Source: Malacoraja senta (lineage: Eukaryota). Taken from it: a stretch of 64,000 nt of DNA. Position 1 is the stretch's first letter, and each line of letters begins with the position of its first letter. Below the pieces are notes generated by a model that did not search any database, was not told where the DNA came from, and worked only from the letters and a program-made list of their open reading frames with translations. A program made the translations under genes and the position numbers. The stretch is taken from contig CM075996.1 of NCBI GenBank assembly GCA_038087875.1, positions 6,636,001-6,700,000 of the forward strand, read 5' to 3'. Shown here one piece after another: positions 40,817 to 54,571 of the stretch.

Positions 40817-43800
40817 ACCCATTCCTTTTCTCCAGAGATGCTGCCTGTCCCGTTGAGTTACTCCAGCATTTAGTGTCGCTGAGGAGTTTCTTTGGCCAGA
40901 GAAAGGCAAATCTGCGGAATTCATTGCCACAGATGACGGTGGAGGCAAAGCCATTGGGTATTTTTAAAGTGGAGATTGATAGGTTCTTGCTTAGTACAGG
41001 TGTCAAAGGTTATGGGGAGAAGTCAGGAGAATGGAGTTGAGAGGGAAAGATAGATCAGCCGTGATAGAATGGTGGAGCAGGCTTAATGGGCCGAATGGCC
41101 TGATTGTCCGCCTATGTCTTGTGGCCTAAACAAGCACACAGTTCCTTATGAACTAAATGTTAGCAGTCGTCGTTGGGTTTAAGGTTTTTCTGGTTGTCTC
41201 GAAAGGGTTTGATATAGGTTAAAGAAAACAGTTTTCCTTTTCTACATCAGTCATACAGCACAGAAACAGGCCTTTCGGCCCAACTTGTCCATTCCGACTA
41301 TGATGCCCCATCGAAGCTTGTCCGATTTGTCTGGGTTTGGATTCTATCCATCCAAACCTGTGTTATCCATGTACCTGTCCAAGTGGTTTTTTTAATGCTA
41401 TTATAGTACCTACCTATTCTCCTCTGGCAGCTCGTTCCATGTACCCACCACCCGCGAAAAGCTGCTCCTCGGAGTCAAATTAAATCTTGCCCCTCTCACC
41501 TCAAAGCTATGGCTTCTGGTTTTTGATTCTCCCAGTGTGGGTAAAAGACTCTGCGCAGTTACGCTATCTATTCCCACGTTTAAGAAGGAACTGCAGATAC
41601 TGGAAAATCAAAGGTAGACAAAAATGGTCTCGACCCGAAACGTCGCCGATTTCCTTCGCTCCATAGATGCTGCCTCACCCGCTGAGTTTCTCCACCATTT
41701 TCGTCTACTATCTATACCCATTATGATTTTATGCACCTCTATAAGATCACACTTCACTCCTCGTCCAATGTTTCCCAATAGCTCAGGCCTTCAAGTCCTG
41801 GCAACATCCTCATTTAAGAAATCTTTATTTTCAGATTACCAACATAAAAGGTTCTTGTTTTTCCTACGGTCCATTTCGTTCTGCTTGTGATTGTGTTTAG
41901 TCAGTATCTCCTTTTTTTTTAGCATATCATGAATGACGAAACACATATTGTGCCTGTAACAGAGAACAATGGCCCAAGGCATCTTGGAGCACTCCTTCGA
42001 AAACAGAATTCCTCAATGAAGGAGATATCTTTTTGATCTCCTTCCCTGAATTTTTCCATCCCCATACACTCTCCTTCCTTCTCTTTTATTATTCTATCCT
42101 TATTCCCACATGTTCTAACCCTCCCTCTCGGCCACCTCCCTCTCCCCTCCACCCCCTCCCCTTAAAGATAGTCAAAGGATCTCCAACGAGGTAGGTGGGA
42201 GCTTAGGACCTCTCTCTAGTTGGTGATAGGATGATTCAGTTGCCTGATAGCGGCTGAGAAGAAACTGTCCCTGAATCTGGAGGTGTGCGTCTTCATACTA
42301 CTGTACCTCTTGCCTGATGGGAGAGGGGGGAAGGGAGAAGGGTGGAGTGCCACCTTAAACCCTGCAGTCCATGTTAGTGAACGTGCTCCCGAAACACTAT
42401 TGATGAGTAAGGGCCAGAATTTAGATCCAGCAAGAGCAAAGAAATGGTGCAAACTTTCCAAGTCGTTGTGGTGTAGGACAGAAGGGGAATTTGTCGGTGT
42501 GGTAATTTCGATGCCCTTTGTCCTTCTAAATTTCGTATACTGAGAAAATAACACCACAGAAGCACCTCATCTGGCCCAGCCAGAGTAGACGTCCATCTTG
42601 TACATGAGCTGTAGACCTAGTTGTGCCACACCAAGTTTGCCGCATTTCACCAGCACATCATTCTATCTCCATCCCAACCTCCACCCATCTGTTGTTGAAA
42701 CTTGCGTTCCAGATTCAATTATTTTGATGCAATCATTCCGACTGCCAGCCTCTGTAAATAAACTCAGCTAAAAAGACAACCCATGCGTTCTGGGTGCTGA
42801 GCATTCATCATGCTATTCTTTGAATGAGCACTACTTCCCCGCATCCAGACTATGTTTACATACCTCTTGTGCTGCTGCACGTAACAATTTCATTGTTCCA
42901 TTTCGGGACATCTGACATTAAAACACTCTTGACTTTTGACACCAGAGATTTAGCATTCTTGTTTTTTTAGGCCTCCGCCACCCCTGTAATTCACTTCCTT
43001 AGTTTAGTTTTAGTTTTTAGAGTTACTGCGTGAAAGCAGGCCAACCGAGCAGGCCACAGTTTAAGAATAAGGGGTAAGCCATTTAGAACGGAGACGAGGA
43101 AACACTTTTTCTCACAGAGAGTTGTGAGTCTGGAATTCTCTGCCTCAGAGGGCGGTGGAGGCCGGTGCTGTGGATACTTTCAAGAGAGAGCTAGATAGGG
43201 CTCTTAAAGATAGCGAAGTCAATAGATATGGGGAGAAGGCAGGAACGGGGTACTGATTGGGGATGATCAGCCATGATCACATTGAATGGCGGTGCTGGCT
43301 CGAAGGGCCGAATGGCCTACTCCTGCACCTATTGTCTATTGTCTATTGAGTCTGTGCCGACCAGCGATCACATGTACACACTAGTTCTATCCTACACACT
43401 AGGGACTATTTACCGAAGCCAATTAACCTATATTGTCTCTACACCTGCACGTGTTTGGGATGTAGGTGGAAACCGGTGCAACCGGAGAAAACCCACACCA
43501 TCGCAGGGAGAACGTGCAAACTCCGTACAGACAGCACCCATTGTCAGGATTGAACCCCGGTCTCTGGCACTGTAAGGCAGCAACTCTACCGCTGTGCCAC
43601 TGTGCCTGTACCTTCTGTAGAACTCGTCAACGTTCCTCCAAATTGGATTCCTATGTACTCCCTACTCCTTTCACCCATACAAGGGCAGCTTGCCTAATTG
43701 GGCAAGACCCTAACCTTGACTATTCTCTACTTTCTTGTGTAAGATCCTAAAGCCCAGCCGCTTAACCAAGCATTTATTAACTAATGGTATTGCCTTCCTG

Positions 43801-44127
43801 GATGGTGTCATTTTGTTTTGATTAATCTTCTCTAAAGGCCTTTGTTTTTCCCTCTTCAGGGCTGCATTATCTTATTGTGCTCACGTAGTTCTTGCAGATA
43901 TATTACTGTTTCTTTGGATACTTATCTCTAAAAAGTAAACCAAATATTGACGCAGTCTCTGATTTGATATCTAAGGCTGTGGCGACTACTAGCACAGCCA
44001 ACCATTTCAACATAATTCCCATTTGCATCTTGCCCTCGCCCCCGGTGCGCACGCATTTCTCTCATTATTTCCCACCGCCCCCAGTCGCTTTGCCGCTTTC
44101 CAAAGGTAATTCAACGGTCCAGTGGCA

Positions 44128-44640
44128 CTCTATCGGAATGAATCACAATCATGGTTTGGGAACAGCTCCATCCAGGACCGCAAGAAATTGCAGAGAATTG
44201 TGGACGCAGCCCAGACCATCACACAAACCCACCTCCCTTCCATTGACTCCGTCTACACCTCACGCTGCCTAGGCAAGGTCACCAGCATAATCAAGGACCA
44301 CTCAACCCGGTCACTCCCTCTTCTCCCCTCTCCCATCAAGCAAGATGTACAGAAGTGTGAAAAAGCAACCCTCCAGATTTGGGAGCCGTTTCTTCCCGGC
44401 TGTTATCAGGCAACTGAGCCACCCTCTCAACAACTAGAGAGCGGTCCTAAGCTACCATTGATCTCAATGGAGACCATTGGACTATCTTTATTCTGACTTT
44501 ACTGGACTTTATCTTGCACTAAACGTTATTCTCTTTATCCTGCATCTGTACATTGTGGACAGCTCAATTGTAATCAGTTCGAGTCTTTCCGCTGACTGGA
44601 TAGCACGCAAGAAAAAGCTTTTCACAGTACCTCAGTACAC
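44128..44640 (+). mobile_element. Rex1/Babar-like LINE 3' fragment
   Basis: WFGNSSIQDRKKLQRIVDAAQTITQTHLPSIDSVYTSRCLGKVTSIIKD resembles the RT C-terminus of this clade. Confidence 0.65.
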
Positions 44641-46379
44641 GTTTCAGGTCGGGACCCTTCATCATGTGTTTAAAAAGCGTTGGACAGAACTGGGCAGCTG
44701 TGACGCAACTGTAGAATGGCTGCCTAACAGCGCCAGAGATTCGGGTTGGATCCTGACTATGGGTGCTGTCTGTACAGAGTTTGTATGTTCTCCCTGTGAC
44801 CGCGTGGGTTTTGTCTGGGTATTCCGGTTTCCTCCCACACTGCAGAGACGTACAGATTTGTAGGTTAATTGGCTTCGGTAAAATTGTAAATTGTCCCGAG
44901 CGTCCATAGTGCTGGAGTACAGGGTGATCGCTGGTCGGCACGGACTCTGTGGGCCGAAGAGCCTGTTTCCGCGCTATATCTCTAAAGCAAAGTAAACTGG
45001 ACTGAGAGAGGATGAGAAGGTCTGAGATCCATTTACAGTGCTGGTAAACAAGAACTGTACTAGACAGGATTGGGAAGTTGCAGAGACATTGAGGTTATAA
45101 TATTGTCCCAATAACAAAGCAGAAGCTAAAAAAAAACCAAACTCTATAGTATTCCTGGATACAAGTTGTTCGACAAAAATGGGGAAGGGAAGGAAGAAGG
45201 AGGCGTGGCGGGGTTGCAGGAGAAAAATCGCTGGAGAGAGGATGTCCTGGAATGATCAAGGATAGAACGTGCGTGTTTGGAATTGAGAAACAATAGAGGT
45301 GCAACTGTACTGAGACTATTCTGTTCTATATTTGTGGCGACGCAAATCTTGGAGGCATAGTGAGTTACAAAGAGAATAGTAATCGTCAGAAAGGAAAGGG
45401 GCTGGTGAAAGTCCCAACAAGTGGGAATGATGTTGTTCAAGTTTGCAGGAAAATTGCAAAGACGTGCAAAAGTCCAAGTAGTTATAAATGTTTCCAGCAT
45501 AGACCATGACAACGCAAGGGGGAAAGTGGTGAGGTGTTTTCAAGGGAACTTTCTTGATGGGGATTTTTTTTGTGTGGTTCAATAAGACTTCAGGGATATA
45601 GCGTGGAAACAGGCCCTTCGCCCCACCATGCCTGTGTATACAAAGACTGATGAGTCTGCCGAGCATTACTGTAAATCTATTGTCTATTTAAAGATAGCGG
45701 AGTCAGGGGATATGGGGTGAAGGCAGGAACGGGATACTGATTGGGGATGATCAGCCATGATCACATTGAACCACACTGGCTCGATGGGCCGAATGGCCTC
45801 CTCCTGCACCTATTGTCTATTGACCAGCGATCACCCTGTACGCTAGCACTACCCTACACACTAGGGACAATTTTACAACTTTACTGAACCTACAAACCTG
45901 TATGTCTTTGGAGAGTGGGAGGAAACCGGAGCACCCGGAGAAAACCCACGCGGCCACAGGGAGAATGTACTAACTCCGTACAGACAACACCTAGTCACGA
46001 TTGAACCTGGGTCTTTGGCACTGTAAGGCAGCAACTCAACTGCTGCGCCACTATGCCACCCTTGTTCTGGGAAATAAAGAGGGCAAAATTGATCAGCGTG
46101 GAGGCATCTAAGAAACGGTGATTATGATATCATAAGCTTTAGAATAATTATAGATAACAATATGGTCCCCTCAAAGGTAGAACTAGTCAATTAGAAAGGG
46201 GTTCATTTTGATGGACTTTGGTCTATGCAAATTGGATTTAAACTTCAGCTGGGGAAACCAAATTATACAATGAGAGGCTTTTAAAGGTGGAGATGTTTTA
46301 GCTACAGTTTAGATACAGTCCCACATAGCTGGTTCAAGAACAGCTTCTTCCCAACAACCATCAGGCTCTTCAATACTAA

Positions 46380-46706
46380 TGGCCCTGTCCCACGGTACGA
46401 GTTCATTCCAAGAGCTCTCCCGAGTTTTAAAAAAATCAAACTCGTGGTAAGCACAGAGAATGAACGTAGCGGGTACGTCGGAGCTCGGGGACGTCTCTTA
46501 GCGGCTCGTAACGCTAACGGCAGGTACTCGGGAAGACTCGCTAACGGCAGGTAAGCACGGGAAGACTCGTGAAGATTTTTCATGTTGAAAAATGTCCACG
46601 AGAGCCCCGAGTACCGACGAGTGGCCATTACCGTAAATCACCGAGTTCGAATCGGGGCAAACTCGGGAGAGCTCTTGGAATGAACTCGTACCTTGGGACA
46701 GGGCCA
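46380..46706. mobile_element. MITE, probably PIF/Harbinger-type
   Basis: About 47-bp TIRs (TGGCCCTGTCCCACGGTACGAGTTCATTCCAAGAGCTCTCCCGAGTTT and its complement), flanked by TAA/TTA. Confidence 0.75.
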
Positions 46707-47591
46707 TTACTAAAACTATGAACTACAAACTGCTTTGGTTGCACTGAGGACTTTGGGCTTTTTGCAATAAGTTTGTTCTTTTCAACTTGTTGAATTTGTT
46801 TTGTTTATTATGTTAACTAAATTAGTCTGAAAACCGTGACCACCAGGTTCATAAATAGCTTCTTCCCTTCACCATCAGGCTCTTGAACACTACACAACAC
46901 TAACCTATGAACTGTCTTTGGTAGAAATAAGAGCCTCTGACTTTTTTTGCCCTGGTTTTGCGTTTAATAATTTATTTAAATTTATTATTATTGCTCTAGT
47001 TTTGGGGTTATTTTCATTCAAATTTGTGTTTATAATATGTTATCTACGGGTGTTGGGTGTACAGTGTAGTTTATTGTCATGTGTACCGAGGTACAATGAA
47101 AAGCTTTTTGTTGTATGCTTTCCAGTCAGAGGAAATAGTATTCATGATTACAATAGAGCTTCTTCTGCTTCTTCTTCTTTCGTGTGGCGAAATACAACTT
47201 GTTCTATTTGATCTTCCATTTGTGCACGTCGAGTTGATTGCATTAGTCGAAACAGGGCGGACCACCTGAAGGGTGCAATCTTCCACCCCACAATAGAGCT
47301 GTCCACAGTGTACAGATACAGGATAAAGATAATAACATTTAGTCCAAGATAAAGGGCAGTAAGGTCCGATTAAAGATCTTCCGAGGGTCTCCAATGGGGT
47401 ACATGATAAATCAGGACTGCTCGGTACTTGGTGATAGGATGGTTCAGTTGACTGATAACAAGCAGCCTGATAATATGCTGCTGCTGCAAGTATTAATTAA
47501 ATTGTTCTGTTTTTGGTACAGATGACAATTAAACACTCTTGATTCCCTCTTAACTCATGAGAAGTAAAACCAGATCAAAATGCAACAGAGG

Positions 47592-48037
47592 TCAATAGAC
47601 AATAGGTGCAGGAGTAGGCCATTCGGCCCTTCGAGCCAGCACCGCCATTCAATGTGATCATGGCTGATCATCCCCAATCAGTACCCCGTTCCTGCCTTCT
47701 CCCCATATCCCCTGACTCCGCTATCTTTAAGAACCCTATCTTGCCCTCTCTTGAAAGTATCCAGAGAACCGGCCTCCACCGCCCTCTGAGGCAGAGAATT
47801 CCACAGACTCACAACTATCTGTGTGAAAAAGTGTTTCCTCGTCTCCGTTCTAAATGGCTTACTCCTTATTCTTAAACTGTGGCCCTTGGTTCTGGACTCC
47901 CCCAACATCGGGAACATGTTTCCTGCCTCTAGCGTGTCCAAACCCTTAACAATCTTATATGTTTCAATAAGATTCCCTCTCATCCTTCTAAAGTCCAGAG
48001 TGTACAAGCCCAGCCGCTCCATTCTCTCAGCATATGA
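47592..48037 (-). mobile_element. CR1 LINE 3' fragment
   Basis: LSYAERMERLGLYTL..SRTKGHSL; CTATTGT tail. Confidence 0.88.
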
Positions 48038-49929
48038 CAGCACGTCACGGTGGCGCAGCAGTAGAGTTGCTGCCTCTGCGTCAGAAACCTGGGTTTGTTC
48101 CTGACCTAGGGCACCGTCTGTACGGAGTTCGCACGTTGCTCCGGTTTCCTCCCACACTCCAAATATGTACAGGTTTGTAGGTTAATTGGCTTCGGTAAAA
48201 ATTACAAATTGTCCCGAGTGTGCAGAATAGTGCAAGTGTATGGGGGTCACTGGTTCGACCCTTTTGTGGGTCGAACGGCCTGTCTCCGTGCTGTAACTCT
48301 AGACAAAACTAAACCAAAAAGAGAAGATACCAGTTTGTGGGAACCAGGCTTATCACAGAGCACTCAGAGGGAAGGCTTAAAAAAAGAAATGTGAAGCTGA
48401 AAGCAGGAAAAAAGGACTGGTAGCAAACATAAATAAATATTAAAACTATTCTATCGTCATGCGAATGAGTGTTGTAAGAGGAGAGGTGGGGCAGATCTGA
48501 AACCAGAAAATAAATTACTCACCGAGGCAGATTGTATGGCTGAGATACCGAATAAATAAGTTACATCCGTTTTTATTAGGAAAAATATTGTGCAAGGCTT
48601 AGCAAAGGAGGATTGTAACAGAGATTTTTTCTTGTCTAAAAATTGATTACAGTGAAGTACTAAAAAGATTAGAACTCTTCAACTCCTGCAATTCTTATTT
48701 CTCCCATCCAGCACTAGACAGGTACATGGATAGGACAGGTTTGAAGGGATATGGCCCAAATGCGGACAGGTGGGACTAGTGTAGCTGGGACATGTTGGCC
48801 GGTGGATGCAAATTTGGCCAAGGGCCTGTCTTCACTGTATCACTCTATGACACTTCTCAAAGGATCTTTCACTCACTTCAAGTCTGACACTCTTTCTAAA
48901 ACTCAAAATTAGCTTTTTTCCCCTGATACTTTGCATTGTTCATAAGTTCAAAAATCATATTGGGCCGTCCGGCACATTTAGTCTATCCCTCCATTCAATC
49001 ACAGGGCTCTCGCTTAACTTTTTTCCCCTGTTGCCAGCCGGGCAACCTTGGCAGCTTTTTAGGTTGCCAAATGACAGTTTAGGTGGTCATTTAAGATGGC
49101 TTGCATGACGCGTGCGATAATGTGCTCGGACGAAGTGCGTAGTTACCAGTCGGAATTATACTCAATGAAGCATTCACATATTATTTCTGCTTCAAATAAA
49201 GTCACAAACTAAACATATTCACCAATCAAGACATGATATATCCCACAATGACCTGCAGCAAAATTATAAGACAGTATCTCAACTCTTTTTACACATTGCA
49301 ATTAATGCAATTTCTATTAGTTCTTTCCACTTCCAAACAAAAATGTGGTTGGATTATTCAGCGTATGATCAACCTGTGTCAATAAATCCTGGACCACGGT
49401 AACATATATGCGTACGTATATGTTGTGAATGTTGTTCATTAAATAACTACAGTACTGATACTCCATATTAAGAGCATTGATTTCCGTGGGACAGGGCCAT
49501 TACTAATCAAGAATCTGTCAATCTCCGCCTTAAAGCTACCCAATGACTTGGCCTCCACAGCCGTCTGTGGCAATGATATTCTATATTGTTTACTTTAAAA
49601 TTGCCGAGCTTTTCCTTCTAAGCATTATTGAGCCTTTATTTCCTAGATTAGCTTAGTCTACCTCTCTATGTCTGAATACAATTTCAGAGAATACTCTGAG
49701 TCTAATCCTGCTACCTCGCCATCAGCTGCGGAGAGCTTTGCTCCTTGTCTCTCTCATCCAAATGTCGAGAATGTTTAATCGTCAAGTGTTCTGACAAAAG
49801 AACAATGAAATTCTTACTTGCAGCAACGTTACAGGCCCGTAACACAATACACATTAATACTATATAATAAACATTTCTTCAGTAAATTAATAACCCCAAT
49901 ACTGAGCGAAAAAAAGCCCAAAGTATATA

Positions 49930-50937
49930 CGCCACATCTGCACCCAGGATGAGGTGTTCCAAACCAGGGCATCGGAGATGTCCTCATTCTTTAGGGAACT
50001 GGGGTTCCCCTCTTCGACTATAGATGAGGCTCTCACCAGGGTCTCTTCTATACCCCATAACTCTGCTCTCACTCCCCATCCCCCCTCTCGTAACAAGGGC
50101 AGAGTCCCCCTTGTCCTCGCATTCCACGCCACCAGCCGTCACATACAACAAATAATCCTCCGACATTTTCGCCACCTCCAACGGGATCACACCACTGGCC
50201 ACATCTTCCCATCTCCTCCCCATTCGGCTTTCCGCAGAGACCGCTCCCTCCGTAACTCCCTGGTCAATTCGTCCCTTCCCACCCAAACCACCCCCTCTCC
50301 TGGCACTTTCCCTTGCAACCACAGGAAATGCTACACTTGTCGCTTTACCTCCCCCCTTGACTCCATCCAAGGACCCAAGCAGTCTTTCCAGGTGCGGCAG
50401 AGGTTCACCTGCACCTCCTCCAACCTCATCTATTGCATCCGCTGCTCTAGGTGTCAGCTGATCTACATCGGTGAGACCAAGCGTAGGCTTGGCGATCGCT
50501 TCACCCAACACCTCCGCTCGAACCTGATCTCCCGGTGGCTCAGCACTTCAACTCCCCCTCCAATTCCGAATCGGACCTTTCTGTCCTGGGCCTCCTCCAT
50601 GGCCAGAGTGAGGACCACCGTAAATTGGAGGAGCAGCACCTCATATTTCGCTTGGGTAGTTTACACCCCAGCAGTATGAACATTGAACTCCAATTTTAGG
50701 TAGTCCCTGCCTTCTTCTTTCCCCTCCCCTCCCCTCCCCAGCTCTCCCACAGCCCACTTTCTCCGCCTCTTCCTTTCTTCTTCCCGCCCCCCCCCATCCC
50801 TACATCAGTCTGAAGAAGGGTCTCGACCCGAAACGTCGCCTATTTCCTTCGCTCCATAGATGCTGCCTGACCCGCTGAGTTTCTCCAGCATTTTTGTCTA
50901 CCTTCGATTTTCCAGCATCTGCAGTTCCTTCTTAAAC
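49930..50937 (+). mobile_element. Penelope-like element 3' part (GIY-YIG endonuclease plus terminal repeat)
   Basis: [33 protein letters not shown] (GIY-YIG); CNHRKCYTC motif; pyrimidine tract, then hammerhead-like core at 50810. Confidence 0.9.
50810..50837 (+). ncRNA. Type I hammerhead-ribozyme-like core (Penelope-associated)
   Basis: CTGAAGA-A-GGGT CTCG ACCC-GAAAC-GTC: CUGANGA box, 4-bp stem II with tetraloop, GAAA box, GUC triplet. Confidence 0.7.
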
Positions 50938-53900
50938 AAAGTATATACTTGATTGGTTAGACAGGCTCCTGGAGCACAGGAGTAATCTTATGAAGGTGAA
51001 GACAAGCATGAGGGGAATAGATAGGATGAAGGCACATAGTCCTTTCCTCAGAGCAGGGGAATCAAGAACCAGAGGATATAGGTTTAAGCTGAGAGGGGAA
51101 AGATTTAGTAGGAAACTGAAGGTTCCCTTTGTGATAGACACAAGATGCTGGAGTAACTCAGTGGGACAGGCAGCATCTCTGGAGAGAAGGAATGGCGTTT
51201 TGGGTCGAGACCCTTCAGAGACCCTTCAGACTAGTCGGGGGAAAGGAAAACAAGAGATATGGACGAGATATATTTTCCTTTCCCCTGACTGGTCTATATT
51301 TCTTGTTCCCCTTTCCCTGACCAGTCTGAAAAAGGGTCTCGACCCGAAAAGTCACCCATTCCTTCTCCCCAGAGATGCTGCCTGTCCCGCTGAGTTACTC
51401 CACCATTTTGTGTCTATCTTCGGTTTAAACCAGCATCTGCAGTCCCTTCCTACACGGTTCCCTATATGAGCTGCCAGAGGAGGTATTTGAGACGGGTACT
51501 ATAACAACATTTAATTGATATTTGGACATGTGCGTGCATAGGAAAAGTTTAAAGGGATGTGGGCCAAACGCAGGCAGGTAGGACGAGTGTAGATTGAGGA
51601 AGATAGACACAAAATGCTGGGGTAACTCAGCGGGACAGGCAGCATCCAGATTGGGGAATGTTGGTGGGCAGGTGCAAAGTGGGCCGAAGGGCCTGTTTTA
51701 CTGCTGCTCTGGTGTTGTGTTCAAGAACTTGATGGTTGTTGGAAAGAAGCTATTGTTGAACATGGTGGTCACGGTTTACAGACTCCTGTACCACCTTGTC
51801 AACGGTGGGAATGAAATGAGAGCGTGGCTTTGATGATGCCGGCTGCCTTTATTTTTTGTTTTGTTTTTGCCTGCTTTTTGTCCATTTGGGGAGATTAATA
51901 GTTGCAGGCACAAAGCGGCAGGGTGTTTCATCTTGTAAGAACCCTGGTCAGGTTGAACACAACAAGCCACTGCTCCGTAGGAAAACGAAAGCAAACAATT
52001 GTACTGATTTTTGCGGGGAAAAAAGGCAATAGACCTGTTGCTATGGTAACAATAGTACAATGCAGCGTAAAGCACAAGGCGCTTATCAGTGTTTATATAA
52101 TTCAATTGCAGGATCTGAAAAATATCCCAGTGCTCAATCCTGGCTACTATCAAAGGAATCGTTCAGACTGCAGTTGATGGCTATTTCTAAATAGAACGTA
52201 GCCTTTGGTTGCAATGTGCTATTGTACATTCAGAATTTATGGTGTACACAGTGCAGTAGGCCTCCGAGATCTGCCGTGGGACGTGATGGTTTGCTTGCAA
52301 GGGTGTAAACAACATGAGCTTACAGTTTAGTTCAGAGATACAGCGTGGAAACAAGACCTTCGACCCATCGCGTCCGTGCCGACCAGCGATCCCCGTGCAC
52401 CAACACTATCCTACACACACTAGGGACAATTTACAATTTTACCAAGCCAATTAACCTAGAAACCTGTACGTCTTTAGAGTGTGGGAGGAAAGCGGAGCTC
52501 CCGGGGTCACGGGGAGAACGAACAAATCCCTACAGACAAGTACCCGTGGTCTGGTTCGAACCTGGGTCTCTGGCGCAGTAAGGCAGCAACTCTACCGCTG
52601 TACCGTCCTGTTTGCATTGTAGTCATGTGGACTTTGGGGGAGGCTTCATCCATTATTTGTATATTTGGATAAAGTAAAGCTTTAAATGCAGGCCAAATGT
52701 ACGTCAGACCCATGATAATGCTTGCCCTTGTGTTCGTAAAATTACTCAGTCCCTAATAATTATCAGAAAGGCCAAGTGTACACAGCTCATCTTTCACTCT
52801 CGCTCACCCGGTTGCTGGTGTGTTGATCAAGCTTGTAGAATCACTTGAGGGAACTTCCTCAGCCAGAGGGTGGTGAATCTGTGGAATTCATGACCACAGA
52901 CGGCTGTGGAGGCCAAGTCAGTGGGTGTTTTTAATGTGGAGATTGCTAGGTTCTTGATTAGTGAGGGCATCAAAGGTTACGGGGAGAAGGCTGGAGAATG
53001 GGCAGTCACGGTGGGGCAGCAGTCGAGTTGCTGCCTTACAGCGCATGTAGCGCCAGAGACCCGGGTTCGATCCCGACCACGGGCGCTGTCTGTACGGAGT
53101 TTGTACGTTCTCCCCGTGACCTGTGTGGGTTTTCTCCGAGATCTTCGGTTTCCTACCACACTCCGAAGACGTACAGGTTTGTAGGTTAATTGGCTTGGTA
53201 AATGTAAAAATTGTCCCTCGTGTTAGTGTTAGTGTTAGTGTGCAGGGATCGCTGGTCGGCGAGGACCCGGTGGGTGTTCGCGCTATATCTCTAAACTAAA
53301 AAATGGGGTTGAGAGGAGTAAAAGGATCAGCCATGATCGAGTGGCGGAACAGACTGGATGGGCGGAATGGCCTAATTCTGCTCCTATGTTTTAGGATCTT
53401 CTGATCTCACAGGGGTGCAGCAAGGAAAGAGACCCTTCGGCCCACCAAGTCAATGCTGATTGTCAACCACCCATTCTACTGTAATCCTACGTTAATCCCA
53501 TTTGATTTATTCACACGTTGTCATCAATTCCACCCAGATTCTACCACACGCCTACCACACGCCTACCACACACAGTGGTCAATTAATTTACCAACTCACA
53601 TGTCATTTGGGATGAGGGAGGAAGCTGGAGCACCTGGAGGAAACTCAGATGATCACGAGGAGACGATACAAACCACACAGACAGTACCAGAGGTAGACAA
53701 AAGTGCTGGATTAACTCAGCGGGTGCGGCGGCATCTATGGAGTGAAGGAAATAGGCAATATTTCGGGCCGAAACCCTTCGGCCTATTTCCTTCACTCCAT
53801 AGATGCTGCCACACCCGCTGAGTTTCCCCAGCACTTTTTGTCGACCTTCGATTTTTCAGCATCTGCAGTTCCTTCTTAACAGACAGTACCAGAGGTCAGG

Positions 53901-54273
53901 TTTGAATCCTGATTGCTGCGAAATTCGCCTCCAATGTGGTAACCTGAGGCTTGAAGGAGGCTTCATCCATTATTAGGACAATTGGGTAAAATATAGGTTT
54001 AAAATCCAGTTAGATATATGTCAGATCCATGATAACATGTGACCTTGTGCGATTGTGTCCCTCGATGAATGAGGAACATCGAGGACACGGTATTCAGAAG
54101 GGTGGATGTCCGATCATCCAAAATAAACAAGAAAAAGCCTTACAGATAATACTCATACACTTTTTTTGGGGGGGGGATAATGAGTGAGCATTTTAAGAAG
54201 AAGATGACTGAATTTGTGAATTATGAAGTTGGGAAGAAACTGATTAATAGATGGAAAAACAAGAGACTGCAGA

Positions 54274-54346
54274 TGCTGGAATCTTGAACAGAAAGTGCTG
54301 GAATCTGGAACAGAAAGTGCTGGAATCTTGAACAGAAAGTGCTGGA
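54274..54346. repeat. 22-bp tandem repeat, 3 copies, inside a Penelope-derived repeat
   Basis: TGCTGGAATCTTGAACAGAAAG x3. Confidence 0.85.
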
Positions 54347-54571
54347 GGAACTCAGTAGATCAGGCAGCATCTGTGGAGGGAAATGGACAGATTTCCCTCC
54401 AAACATGCGGTAGAGTTGCTGCCTTGCAATGCCAGGGACCCGGGTTCGATCCTGACCAAGGGTGCTGACTGCATGGAGTTTGTACGTTCTCCCTGTGACC
54501 GCGTGGGTTTCCTCTGGGTCCTCCAGTTTCCTCCCACATTCCAAAGATGTGCAGGTTTGTAGGTTAATTGG

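Noticed and set aside
43840..43900. Strong-looking splice acceptor as a possible JOSD1 exon
   Set aside because: Downstream translation shows no Josephin similarity
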